55,272 bases of DNA from a virus (Duplodnaviria > Caudoviricetes): positions 1 to 55,272 of the IMG/VR virus record IMGVR_UViG_3300009068_000048, one strand, 5' to 3'. Numbering within the stretch: position 1 is the stretch's first letter; the number at the start of each line of letters is the position of its first letter. Shown one piece after another: positions 27,968-35,872 of the stretch. The notes beneath the pieces were generated by a model. It was not told the DNA's origin. It ran no database searches and saw only the letters and a list, made by a program, of their open reading frames with translations. The position numbers and the translations under genes were made by a program.

Positions 27968-28690
27968 TCAAGCTTGAATGATGGTTGGACGGCTGATCAA
28001 GGTCTGGGCGACCTCATCACGAAGATCATGCGCCTTGATGGTCGCCTTGACGCGAAGCTGTGTTTCACGCTCAAATGGCTTGCTACCCTTGTACACGATG
28101 ACGTTCTGGTCAGCGTCACGGCAGATGTTGATATATGTCGTGCCAAACTGGCCATTGAAAGAGAATGTACGCTCGACGGTCAGGTCGAACTCACGGCGTT
28201 CACCGACAGTGCCAACATGCTGCGACGAAGCACGGTCTGCCGTCAGGCGGCGCTCACGCTCTTCGCTGTTCTTGACGATGAAGCCTTCAGCACGGGCGAG
28301 GCTATCACGAACGGCCTGTGTCTGCTTTTCAGAGAGACTGCCCCACTCGCAAAGCTGGTCACGCAGCTTGATCAAGAATGGGGTATTGCTGAACTTGGCG
28401 AGAGGGTTGGCAACCCACTTGCAGTCGCAAGAATTCCAACCAGCAGCGTTTTCATTGTGTTCGACATATGAAACCTCATCGTTCTGGTCGAGACGCTCAA
28501 TGCAGCGCGGGTCGCGCTCAGTGTGGCCAGCGAACTCGCCAGTAACGTTCAACCAATGCTGAATACGATGCGCGTCAGCATGCTGGGCATACCAACGCTT
28601 TATTGCGCCCTTACGGGCGTTTGCCTTGATCCGGCGCGCAATAGCGGCTTCGTAAGCTTGTTCGTTTTCGATGTGTGCGTAATGTGCCAT
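27968..28690 (-). CDS. early protein with C-terminal OB-fold-like domain
   Basis: ATG 28690 downstream of a promoter; SLSEKQ..AV and HVGTVGER...F..GQFG...D...NVIVYKGS...VKATIKAH...QTLISRP. Confidence 0.65.
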   Translation of the reverse strand: MAHYAHIENEQAYEAAIARRIKANARKGAIKRWYAQHADAHRIQHWLNVTGEFAGHTERDPRCIERLDQNDEVSYVEHNENAAGWNSCDCKWVANPLAKFSNTPFLIKLRDQLCEWGSLSEKQTQAVRDSLARAEGFIVKNSEERERRLTADRASSQHVGTVGERREFDLTVERTFSFNGQFGTTYINICRDADQNVIVYKGSKPFERETQLRVKATIKAHDLRDEVAQTLISRPTIIQA

Positions 28691-28740
28691 GTGCGTAAAT
28701 CCCAAGATGCAGAGGGCGGACCATCCCGCCCCCTGCACTG

Positions 28741-28769
28741 TCAGTAGGCGATTTCCGCCCATAAGTAAA
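28741..28769 (-). promoter_or_regulatory. sigma70-like promoter with GGCG-N5-CGCC operator
   Basis: Minus strand TTTACT-TATGGGCGGAAATCGCC(17 bp)-TACTGA. Confidence 0.65.
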
Positions 28770-28791
28770 GCAAATAATGAGGGTACGATGG

Positions 28792-29220
28792 TTAAAAGTT
28801 GAAGTCGTGGAACTTGCGCCGTCCGGCGTAAACATTGCCGCCAGCTTCGAAGGTCCGGTTGTTCGCCTTCTTCCACTTGCGGCGCTCGTTGCCATCTTCG
28901 TCGGTCCAGCGGCGCAGCGTGATCTTGACCTCGAAGCCCTCTGGGTCTGGCTCATAGGTGTAACGCTGATCATGCTGGTTTTCGCAGTGTGCAGCAAAGC
29001 CACCTGTGTGGAAGACAAGTTCCTCGCGGTTGATCAGCACTGCGTTGTCAGAGCGCAGCCAGATCGTTTTGGGCGTCTTTTTGATGATGGTGTAAGCCTC
29101 AACGTCAGTCCAGACTGAGACGCTCACGCCATCGCCCACGTTAAGTGCGCTGATGACGTCTGCGTCTGCGTTGATCTCAGCGGTGCGTTCTGCAACCCAA
29201 GGACGTGTGGTGGTGGTCAT
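28792..29220 (-). CDS. hypothetical early protein
   Basis: 142 aa; VGDGVS...W.D..AYTI...GRRKFHDFNF; GGAG RBS. Confidence 0.7.
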   Translation of the reverse strand: MTTTTRPWVAERTAEINADADVISALNVGDGVSVSVWTDVEAYTIIKKTPKTIWLRSDNAVLINREELVFHTGGFAAHCENQHDQRYTYEPDPEGFEVKITLRRWTDEDGNERRKWKKANNRTFEAGGNVYAGRRKFHDFNF

Positions 29221-29648
29221 ATTGCTGCTCCCTTTGCTTTTTTGATTGCTGCCCGTGCTTCGAACACGCTGCCGGATACTGTGCTGTCGCTCAAGCCAGC
29301 GACTAAGGCGTCATCAAGTAGGTTCTGAAGCGCGACCAGAAGGTCAGGCGCTGCTTCACGCACCCTGCGGTCATTAAGGCGCTTGGCGTCACGCTCTGCG
29401 CGCTCTGCCGCCTTACGCTGCTCCTCCTGCTCTTCGAAGCCAATGCCATGCTTGGCAAGGTGATGCTCATAACGCTTGACGTATCGCGCAGCCTGAAGGT
29501 GCGCTGCGCGCTTCTCTTCATAGAACTTGGTGCTGTACGCAACCTTGCCAGTATCGATGCGAACGATCTCGCCGACAAAGCAGTCGAAGCGCGTCAGGTT
29601 GAGGCTGTAAGCCACAGCGTCACGGACGTTAACTTTATAATTGCTCAT
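29217..29648 (-). CDS. hypothetical early protein
   Basis: 143 aa; C-terminal EAAPDLLVALQNLL...ARAAIKKAKG, a common phage early-protein tail. Confidence 0.7.
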   Translation of the reverse strand: MSNYKVNVRDAVAYSLNLTRFDCFVGEIVRIDTGKVAYSTKFYEEKRAAHLQAARYVKRYEHHLAKHGIGFEEQEEQRKAAERAERDAKRLNDRRVREAAPDLLVALQNLLDDALVAGLSDSTVSGSVFEARAAIKKAKGAAI

Positions 29649-29851
29649 GCTACAAACTCCCCATTGTCATAAAGTGTGACTTCATCGCCTTCATCAGGCC
29701 AGCGTTGATCGACAACGCGATACCTGCCTTCGTCAAGCTTGCTCAGAAGCTTGGCGCAAGCCTCTGCGTCATGGAAGTAACGAAAGTTCGAGACCACGTC
29801 CCACTGCTGCGTGGCAGTGCATTTGCGCTCCAAAGCTATCTTGAAATTCAT
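29645..29851 (-). CDS. hypothetical early protein
   Basis: 68 aa; ATGA coupling at both ends. Confidence 0.65.
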   Translation of the reverse strand: MNFKIALERKCTATQQWDVVSNFRYFHDAEACAKLLSKLDEGRYRVVDQRWPDEGDEVTLYDNGEFVA

Positions 29852-30057
29852 GCTACCTCTCCCAATGCATTGGCTGCAAGCAAAGCCTCAAGAGCGTCCT
29901 CGACCCAACTGACACGCGCATCGTTCGCACGGATTTCGACCTCGTCGAGGATGTTGTAAATGACCCAAAGATACTTGTCTGTCTGCGCTGCGTACTCGCG
30001 GGCATTGCCGATAGTGATGAAAGGCGTAACTGCTTCGATGAATGCTGCGTATGTCAT
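29848..30057 (-). CDS. hypothetical early protein (first gene of the leftward cluster)
   Basis: GGGAG RBS, CACATG start; 69 aa. Confidence 0.65.
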   Translation of the reverse strand: MTYAAFIEAVTPFITIGNAREYAAQTDKYLWVIYNILDEVEIRANDARVSWVEDALEALLAANALGEVA

Positions 30058-30104
30058 GTGATATCTCCCAAGATAACGAGGGCGGTTTCTGCCCCCTGCA
30101 ACAG

Positions 30105-30133
30105 TCTATAGGCGAAGTCCGCCTGTAATGCAA
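30105..30133 (-). promoter_or_regulatory. sigma70-like promoter with GGCG-N5-CGCC operator
   Basis: Minus strand TTGCAT-TACAGGCGGACTTCGCC(17 bp)-TATAGA. Confidence 0.75.
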
Positions 30134-30458
30134 ACGAAATCGCACATGGGGCTGAAATTAGATCGTCGCTCAGGTGTCGGCGTTTTGGTCCGCACCTCAA
30201 GCACACTTGTCAAGTTGCTCGACTGCTGCTGGGAGAGGGTAGGAATGCCCTGAGAGCGGCTCTGCGCCTTGGCCTTAGTCAGGTAGCCTGATTGGCGAGA
30301 TGCGCCTGTGAGTGGCTCTGTGTGGCTGTGTGCTGTCAAGCGTTAATGCTCTCAATGCGGTGGCGACTGCCGCGCCTGAGCTACCTCAGGCTGACAGCGG
30401 TCGGCATCGCGCCGATCAGCCGCAGGCTGTCGGTCGGTCTGCCGTCCGCTGTCGGGCT

Positions 30459-30494
30459 GGCGCTGATCGGAGACAGGGCGCTGATCGGAGACAG
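30459..30494 (+). repeat. perfect 18-bp tandem duplication
   Basis: ggcgctgatcggagacag x2, in a GC-rich non-coding stretch. Confidence 0.9.
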
Positions 30495-30697
30495 GCCCAG
30501 CCGACAGGCGGTCGGCGCTGCGCGCCGTGCGCTGTGGGCTGGCGCGCCGTGCGCGCTGTGCCCTCATTAGGTCCGAGTCGGTACTAATAAAATAATGCTT
30601 GACACACTTTTCGCTTGACACTGTTTTGCGCTGCGCGTCCGGCGGAGAGCAGGGCGCTGCTTTGCCCTTTTCCGCCATTTTGGTGTTTTTTTCTAAA

Positions 30698-30724
30698 AAA
30701 AAGAGGGGGTATACCCCCCTTTTT
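30698..30724. other. near-perfect palindrome upstream of terS
   Basis: AAAAAGAGGGGGTATACCCCCCTTTTT, centred on GGGGGTATACCCCC. Confidence 0.7.
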
Positions 30725-30941
30725 CACTTGACAAGGAGGCACGACCGGAGGGAGTGTCTTACAAATCGACATACGCCAAATTTCTTCAAAAAGTACATTC
30801 CGTGCCTAAAACAGGGGGTACGCCTTTCTCCTCACAAAGGGGGGTGGGGTATTTCCAAAAAAGGGGGGTGGGGGTATAGTCTTCCCAAGATAATAAAATT
30901 GCATTACATAATGGCCATAATGTTATTTATGTGGATCTTAT

Positions 30942-31511
30942 ATGCCCCAAGGTAAGCACGGTAGTCCTCCCAAGTCCCCAGTGAAGGCAATGCGCCCAGA
31001 CGGGGGCTTGACCAGAGTCGGGAACGTCCATGAGGTTGACCCGGTACGGGCTGCAATGATTGAGCGGTGCCGCGCTGTTGGCCTGAGCATGGCGCAGACT
31101 GCCAGCATTATGCGCCTTAGTAATAACACGATTAAGAAATACTATAATGAAGATTGGCATGTGGGCACGTCCAACTTGGTTGCCAACATCGCGCAGAACA
31201 TGGCCGTTATTGCGACTGACCCTAATCACAAACAAGCTGTGGCTGCTGGTAAGTTTATGCTGGCAACGCTTGCGCCTGATGTCTTTTCCCAGCGCCGCCA
31301 AATCCAGATGCTTGGCGCAGACGGTCAGCCTGTTGACCCAATTAAGAAAACGCTTGATCCGTATCTGATGACGGATGAGCAGCGCGAGTTGTTAAAGGAT
31401 ACGTTGGCTGATGTGCTGAAGGATGCGGTTGACGAGGCGCAGCAGTACAAAGATGATCAGGTTCCGGAGGCTGAGTTTGTGGCCATTGAAGACCATAGTG
31501 GAGATGAGTGA
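30942..31511 (+). CDS. terS: terminase small subunit
   Basis: HTH-like N-terminal half (GLSMAQTASIMRLSNNTIKKYY), AAGKFML, IQMLGADGQPV tail; directly before terL. Confidence 0.75.
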   Translation: MPQGKHGSPPKSPVKAMRPDGGLTRVGNVHEVDPVRAAMIERCRAVGLSMAQTASIMRLSNNTIKKYYNEDWHVGTSNLVANIAQNMAVIATDPNHKQAVAAGKFMLATLAPDVFSQRRQIQMLGADGQPVDPIKKTLDPYLMTDEQRELLKDTLADVLKDAVDEAQQYKDDQVPEAEFVAIEDHSGDE

Positions 31512-33145
31512 TGTCGCGCCTGATTGATATTGGCGGCGGGGTCATGATCGACCCTGTCCAGCAAATGAAGCTGATTGAGCAGTTTGAATATGAGAATAAT
31601 CTATACCATTTTCTAACAGGCGCGTGGAAGCATATCGACCCTTCGCCTTGGAAAGATGGTTGGCCCATTGAGGCTGTGGCTGAACATTTGCAGGCTGTAG
31701 TTGATGGAGAGATCAAGCGGCTACTGATTAACATTCCCCCGCGCATGGGCAAGAGTTCGATCACGTCTGTTGCCTTTCCTGCTTGGACATGGGCGCAGCG
31801 GGATCACTCGCCAACGTCTGGTCCCGGTGTGCAGTTCTTGTGTGCGTCATATGGTTCGTCTCTGGCTATGCGTGATAGCGTCAAGTGTCGGCGTTTGATT
31901 GAATCGCCTTGGTATCAGGAGATCTGGGGCGACAGGTTTGATCTCACGTCCGACCAGAACACCAAGGGGCGCTTCTTGAATGACAAGCGCGGTGAGCGCC
32001 TAATCACGTCCGTTGACGCAAAGGTTACGGGCGAAGGTGGATCGATCATTATCGTCGATGACCCTAACGCTGCGAACGAGGCTTTCTCTGAGGCAAACAT
32101 TACCGCGACCAAAGATTGGTGGGACGGCACAATGTCCACCCGCTTGAATGACCAGAAGACGGGCGCAATGATTGTGATCCAGCAGAGGCTGGCGGAAGAT
32201 GACCTCACCGGCCACATATTGGAGAATGATACAGAGAGCGAGTGGACGCACCTGTGCTTGCCCATGCGCTTTGAGAAGGAGCGGTCCTTTGTCACATCTA
32301 TTGGCTGGGAAGATCCGCGCACTAAGGAGGGAGAACTTCTTTGGCCTGACCGTTTTGGCGATAAGGAAGTTGACCGCCTTGAGCGCGCCCTTGGGCCATT
32401 TGGTGCGGCTGGGCAGTTACAGCAGCGCCCTGAGCCTGCTGGTGGTGGTGTCATCAAGTCTGATTGGTGGCTGAAGTGGGAGGGCCGCGCTTATCCGCCA
32501 ATGGATTATATCATTGCGTCCTTGGATACAGCGTACACGCTGAACACCAACAACGACTATTCAGCCATGACCATCTGGGGCGTGTTTACAGAGGATATGA
32601 ATGCAACCGCGCTCAAGACCTTTGGCAAAGAAGGGCGCGCCAACGAGGTGAAGCGCCATTACACAGAAGGCGCGCCAAAGCTGATGCTGATGCATGCATG
32701 GCAGGAAAGGCTTGAGCTTCACCAGTTGATGGAGAAGGTTGCCGACACCTGCAAGCGTCTGAAGGTTGATAAGCTGATAATTGAGAACAAGGCCGCTGGT
32801 ATCTCTGTCGCGCAGGAATTGCGGCGTGTGTATTCGTCTGCTGGCTTTGCCGTGCAGCTTTCAGATCCGAAGAGTCAGGATAAGCTTTCGCGGCTCTATT
32901 CGGTTCAGCATTTGTTTGCAGATGGTATTATTTTTGCGCCTGACCTTGAGTGGGCGCAGACAGTAATCACGCAAGTGGGGCAATTCCCTAAGGGAAAGCA
33001 CGATGACTTGGTTGACACCGTGTCTATGGCTATTCGTCACTTGCGCGACCTTGGCTTGCTTACGCGCTCTGCGGAACGCCGTAGTGAGCTTGATAGCCTT
33101 GTAACCTATCCGGGGAAGCAGAATGCTCCCCTTTATACATGTTAA
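31511..33145 (+). CDS. terL: terminase large subunit
   Basis: LLINIPPRMGKS (Walker A), IIVDDP (Walker B), QQRLAEDD, SLDTAY, IENKAAG, FPKGKHDDLVD nuclease motifs. Confidence 0.95.
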   Translation: MSRLIDIGGGVMIDPVQQMKLIEQFEYENNLYHFLTGAWKHIDPSPWKDGWPIEAVAEHLQAVVDGEIKRLLINIPPRMGKSSITSVAFPAWTWAQRDHSPTSGPGVQFLCASYGSSLAMRDSVKCRRLIESPWYQEIWGDRFDLTSDQNTKGRFLNDKRGERLITSVDAKVTGEGGSIIIVDDPNAANEAFSEANITATKDWWDGTMSTRLNDQKTGAMIVIQQRLAEDDLTGHILENDTESEWTHLCLPMRFEKERSFVTSIGWEDPRTKEGELLWPDRFGDKEVDRLERALGPFGAAGQLQQRPEPAGGGVIKSDWWLKWEGRAYPPMDYIIASLDTAYTLNTNNDYSAMTIWGVFTEDMNATALKTFGKEGRANEVKRHYTEGAPKLMLMHAWQERLELHQLMEKVADTCKRLKVDKLIIENKAAGISVAQELRRVYSSAGFAVQLSDPKSQDKLSRLYSVQHLFADGIIFAPDLEWAQTVITQVGQFPKGKHDDLVDTVSMAIRHLRDLGLLTRSAERRSELDSLVTYPGKQNAPLYTC

Positions 33146-33154
33146 GGAGATATT

Positions 33155-33346
33155 ATGTCTGTTTTTGGCCAACACTGGGTTCCTATTGATGATACTGGTT
33201 TATCAATTGAGCTTGACACGCACATTGATCACTTTTCCGGAAAAGATCCTGTTCTTTTTCACAATCGTGAGGCAGAAGCTGAGTTCAATGAGAATGTTTT
33301 TCTTCTTTTGACAAAGCTGAAGCAGCTTTATTTTGGGAAAGTGTGA
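33155..33346 (+). CDS. hypothetical protein
   Basis: AAGGAG RBS; 63 aa. Confidence 0.6.
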   Translation: MSVFGQHWVPIDDTGLSIELDTHIDHFSGKDPVLFHNREAEAEFNENVFLLLTKLKQLYFGKV

Positions 33347-33347
33347 C

Positions 33348-33554
33348 ATGGAAGATAAGATTTTAGCAAGCTGCACGGTTGATGAGCTTGGTAGTATGCA
33401 GTATGAGGTTAACGTTTGGGGTGAGAAGCCCTTTGACCACAAGCGTATGTATACTATAAAGGCAAAAGATGATAATTCTGCCGCGCAGGAGTGTTTGCGT
33501 CTTTTTGTTGAAGAGATGGAATGCCTTCGTGACGCCGTAACAGAGGAAAACTAA
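33348..33554 (+). CDS. hypothetical protein
   Basis: ATG 33348; coupled to the portal start (TAATG). Confidence 0.6.
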   Translation: MEDKILASCTVDELGSMQYEVNVWGEKPFDHKRMYTIKAKDDNSAAQECLRLFVEEMECLRDAVTEEN

Positions 33555-35872
33555 TGGCTACTCGTCCCGGCCTTGCCCCAATGAACCTTCGTCAAGGTAT
33601 GCCTATGGGCGACCCTACAGATGATCAAGACATTGTCATTGAAGATGCTGCGCCTGAGCCGGACAAGCATGATGAAGATGAAAAGGGCAACATTGTTTCA
33701 ATTGAACATGACGATGGTTCGATCACCATTTCAATGAATGGCGACTCATTGGTGGACAATGAGGATGAAGACGATGACTCCGGCTGGTTTGAGAACCTTG
33801 TCGATAAGATTGATGCAATGGAATTGCAGCAGATCTCTGGAGATTTGTTGCGCGGGATTGATGAAGACCTTGAAAGCCGTAAGGATTGGGTAAAAGACCG
33901 CGCAGATGGCATTAAGCTCCTTGGCTTAAAGGTTGAATTGCCCGGTCTGGCTGGCGCTGGCGATGGCGCGCCCGTTGAAGGCATGTCGCGTGTGCGTCAC
34001 CCGCTGCTTTTGGAGGCTGTTTTGCGTTTTCAGGCCAATGCGCGCTCTGAAATGCTGCCAACAGACGGTCCAGTTAAGATCCGAAGCGACAATAATTATG
34101 CCACGCTTGAGGATGATCAGTCCGCAAACGCCCTTGAGCGCGATTTTAACCATTATTTGACCGTAACGGCGACAGAATACTACCCAGATACGGACCGTAT
34201 GCTTCTGATGCTTGGTTTTGGTGGTACATCCTTTAAAAAGATCTATTATTGCCCGCTTCGCAACCGCCCAGTGTCCGAAACCGTTGATGCTGATGACCTT
34301 ATCGTCAATAGCGCGGCCACAGATTTGGCAAATGCGCGCCGTATTACGCATCGCGTCATGCTTCGCCCGTCAGTTGTGCGCCGTTTGCAGATTTTGGGCG
34401 TTTATCGCGACATTGATCTTGGCACAGCCTCGCCGCAGAAGCTTGACACGTTCCAAAGGCAGGAAAAAGACCAACAGGGCGTCTCTGACACAATCTCAGC
34501 ACCTGATGACCGTGATCGCGAGATTTATGAGTGCTATTGTGAGCTTAATATCAAAGGATATGAGCATAAGCATAAGGGTAAGCCATCAGGCCTTGAGGTC
34601 CCCTACCGTGTAACCATCGACGTTTCGTCACGCGAAATCCTTTCCATTGTCCGTAACTACGACGATTCTAAAGAAACAGGTTTGCCTGAAGCTAGACAAG
34701 TGTTTGTTAAATATACATTTGTTCCGGGTCTTGGTTTTTACGACATTGGTCTTCTAAACATCCTTGGAAACACGACAAACGCAATTACCGCTGCGTGGCG
34801 CGAGTTGCTCGACGCCGGGATGTATTCCAACTTCCCCGGCTTCTTGATGGCTGACACTGGTGCCCGCCAAAACACCAATATCTTTCGCGTTCCACCGGGC
34901 GGTGGCGCTTTGGTAAAGACGGGTGGCTTGCCTATTCGTGACGCCATCATGCCTTTGCCGTACCAGCCGCCAAACCAAGCCCTTATGGCTCTTGTTGGCG
35001 ACATGGCCCAGACCGGTATGCGTATTGGTGGAACATCTGAGCAACAAGTTGGCGAAGGCAATTCTGAAGCGCCTGTAGGCACCACGCTTGCGATGATCGA
35101 ACAAGCCACAAAGGTTATGAACGCCGTCCACAAGCGTATGCATGCATCGCAAGCGCAAGAATTCCAGTTGCTGAAGGAATGCTTCCGCGACAACCCAGAA
35201 AGCTTCTGGCAGCGCAACAATTCAAAGAGCCTGCCTTGGGACGAAAAGACTTTCTTGGAAGCTCTCAATAACTGCAACTTGATTCCGCAAGCTGACCCCA
35301 ACACAGCATCGCACGGTCAGCGCGTCATGAAGATTATGGCCCTGAAGCAACTTCAAGCCGCCAACCCGTCGATGTATGACCCAATCGCCATCGACACTGC
35401 CGCATTACAGGCCATTGGCTGGAACAATCCATCCCAGTTCCTTGTTCCGCAGCAGGCGCAGCAATCGCCTCCGCCAGAACTTATTCAGGCTCAGGCTCAA
35501 ATGGCAAATCAAGCCAAGGACTCTGAAGCACGCATGATGGTAGCGCAAGCCAAGGTTGCTGAGACGCAAGCCAAGATCCAGCAAGGCGCATTTGCACCTA
35601 AGGCAAGCGCATCTGATCCCAATGGTGGTCAGCCAACTGCGCTGGATATTGAGAACCTCAAGATCAAGATGCTTGATGCACAGACACGGGCAAAGGCTGT
35701 TGAGATGAAGGGTGCCTCTGCAGCTACTGAAGACCAGAACCGCGACCTTGACCGCCAGAGCCGTGAGCGTGTCCAGCTTATGGAACTTGCGCGTGACATC
35801 CTGACGCATCCTGAGTCCGTGGAAGCGGCTGAGGCTGCATTTGGTGACATCAGGAAGGAAATTGAGGAATGA
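33554..35872 (+). CDS. portal protein
   Basis: 772 aa after terL; HPLLLEAVLRFQA, FGGTSFKKIYY, FVPGLGFYDIGL, LLDAG, APVGTTLAMIEQ; Q-rich coiled-coil C-terminus of podoviral portals. Confidence 0.9.
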   Translation: MATRPGLAPMNLRQGMPMGDPTDDQDIVIEDAAPEPDKHDEDEKGNIVSIEHDDGSITISMNGDSLVDNEDEDDDSGWFENLVDKIDAMELQQISGDLLRGIDEDLESRKDWVKDRADGIKLLGLKVELPGLAGAGDGAPVEGMSRVRHPLLLEAVLRFQANARSEMLPTDGPVKIRSDNNYATLEDDQSANALERDFNHYLTVTATEYYPDTDRMLLMLGFGGTSFKKIYYCPLRNRPVSETVDADDLIVNSAATDLANARRITHRVMLRPSVVRRLQILGVYRDIDLGTASPQKLDTFQRQEKDQQGVSDTISAPDDRDREIYECYCELNIKGYEHKHKGKPSGLEVPYRVTIDVSSREILSIVRNYDDSKETGLPEARQVFVKYTFVPGLGFYDIGLLNILGNTTNAITAAWRELLDAGMYSNFPGFLMADTGARQNTNIFRVPPGGGALVKTGGLPIRDAIMPLPYQPPNQALMALVGDMAQTGMRIGGTSEQQVGEGNSEAPVGTTLAMIEQATKVMNAVHKRMHASQAQEFQLLKECFRDNPESFWQRNNSKSLPWDEKTFLEALNNCNLIPQADPNTASHGQRVMKIMALKQLQAANPSMYDPIAIDTAALQAIGWNNPSQFLVPQQAQQSPPPELIQAQAQMANQAKDSEARMMVAQAKVAETQAKIQQGAFAPKASASDPNGGQPTALDIENLKIKMLDAQTRAKAVEMKGASAATEDQNRDLDRQSRERVQLMELARDILTHPESVEAAEAAFGDIRKEIEE

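Noticed and set aside
30106-30955. Several 60-120-aa ORFs in the intergenic region
   Set aside because: Repeat-derived, low-complexity translations with no RBS or protein-like features.
33554-35872. GG dipeptides in the portal (VKTGG, MRIGG) and in MCP, terL and primase
   Set aside because: Isolated, inside folded domains, and lacking the tandem GG-R-x-x-x-x-x-GG form; treated as background.
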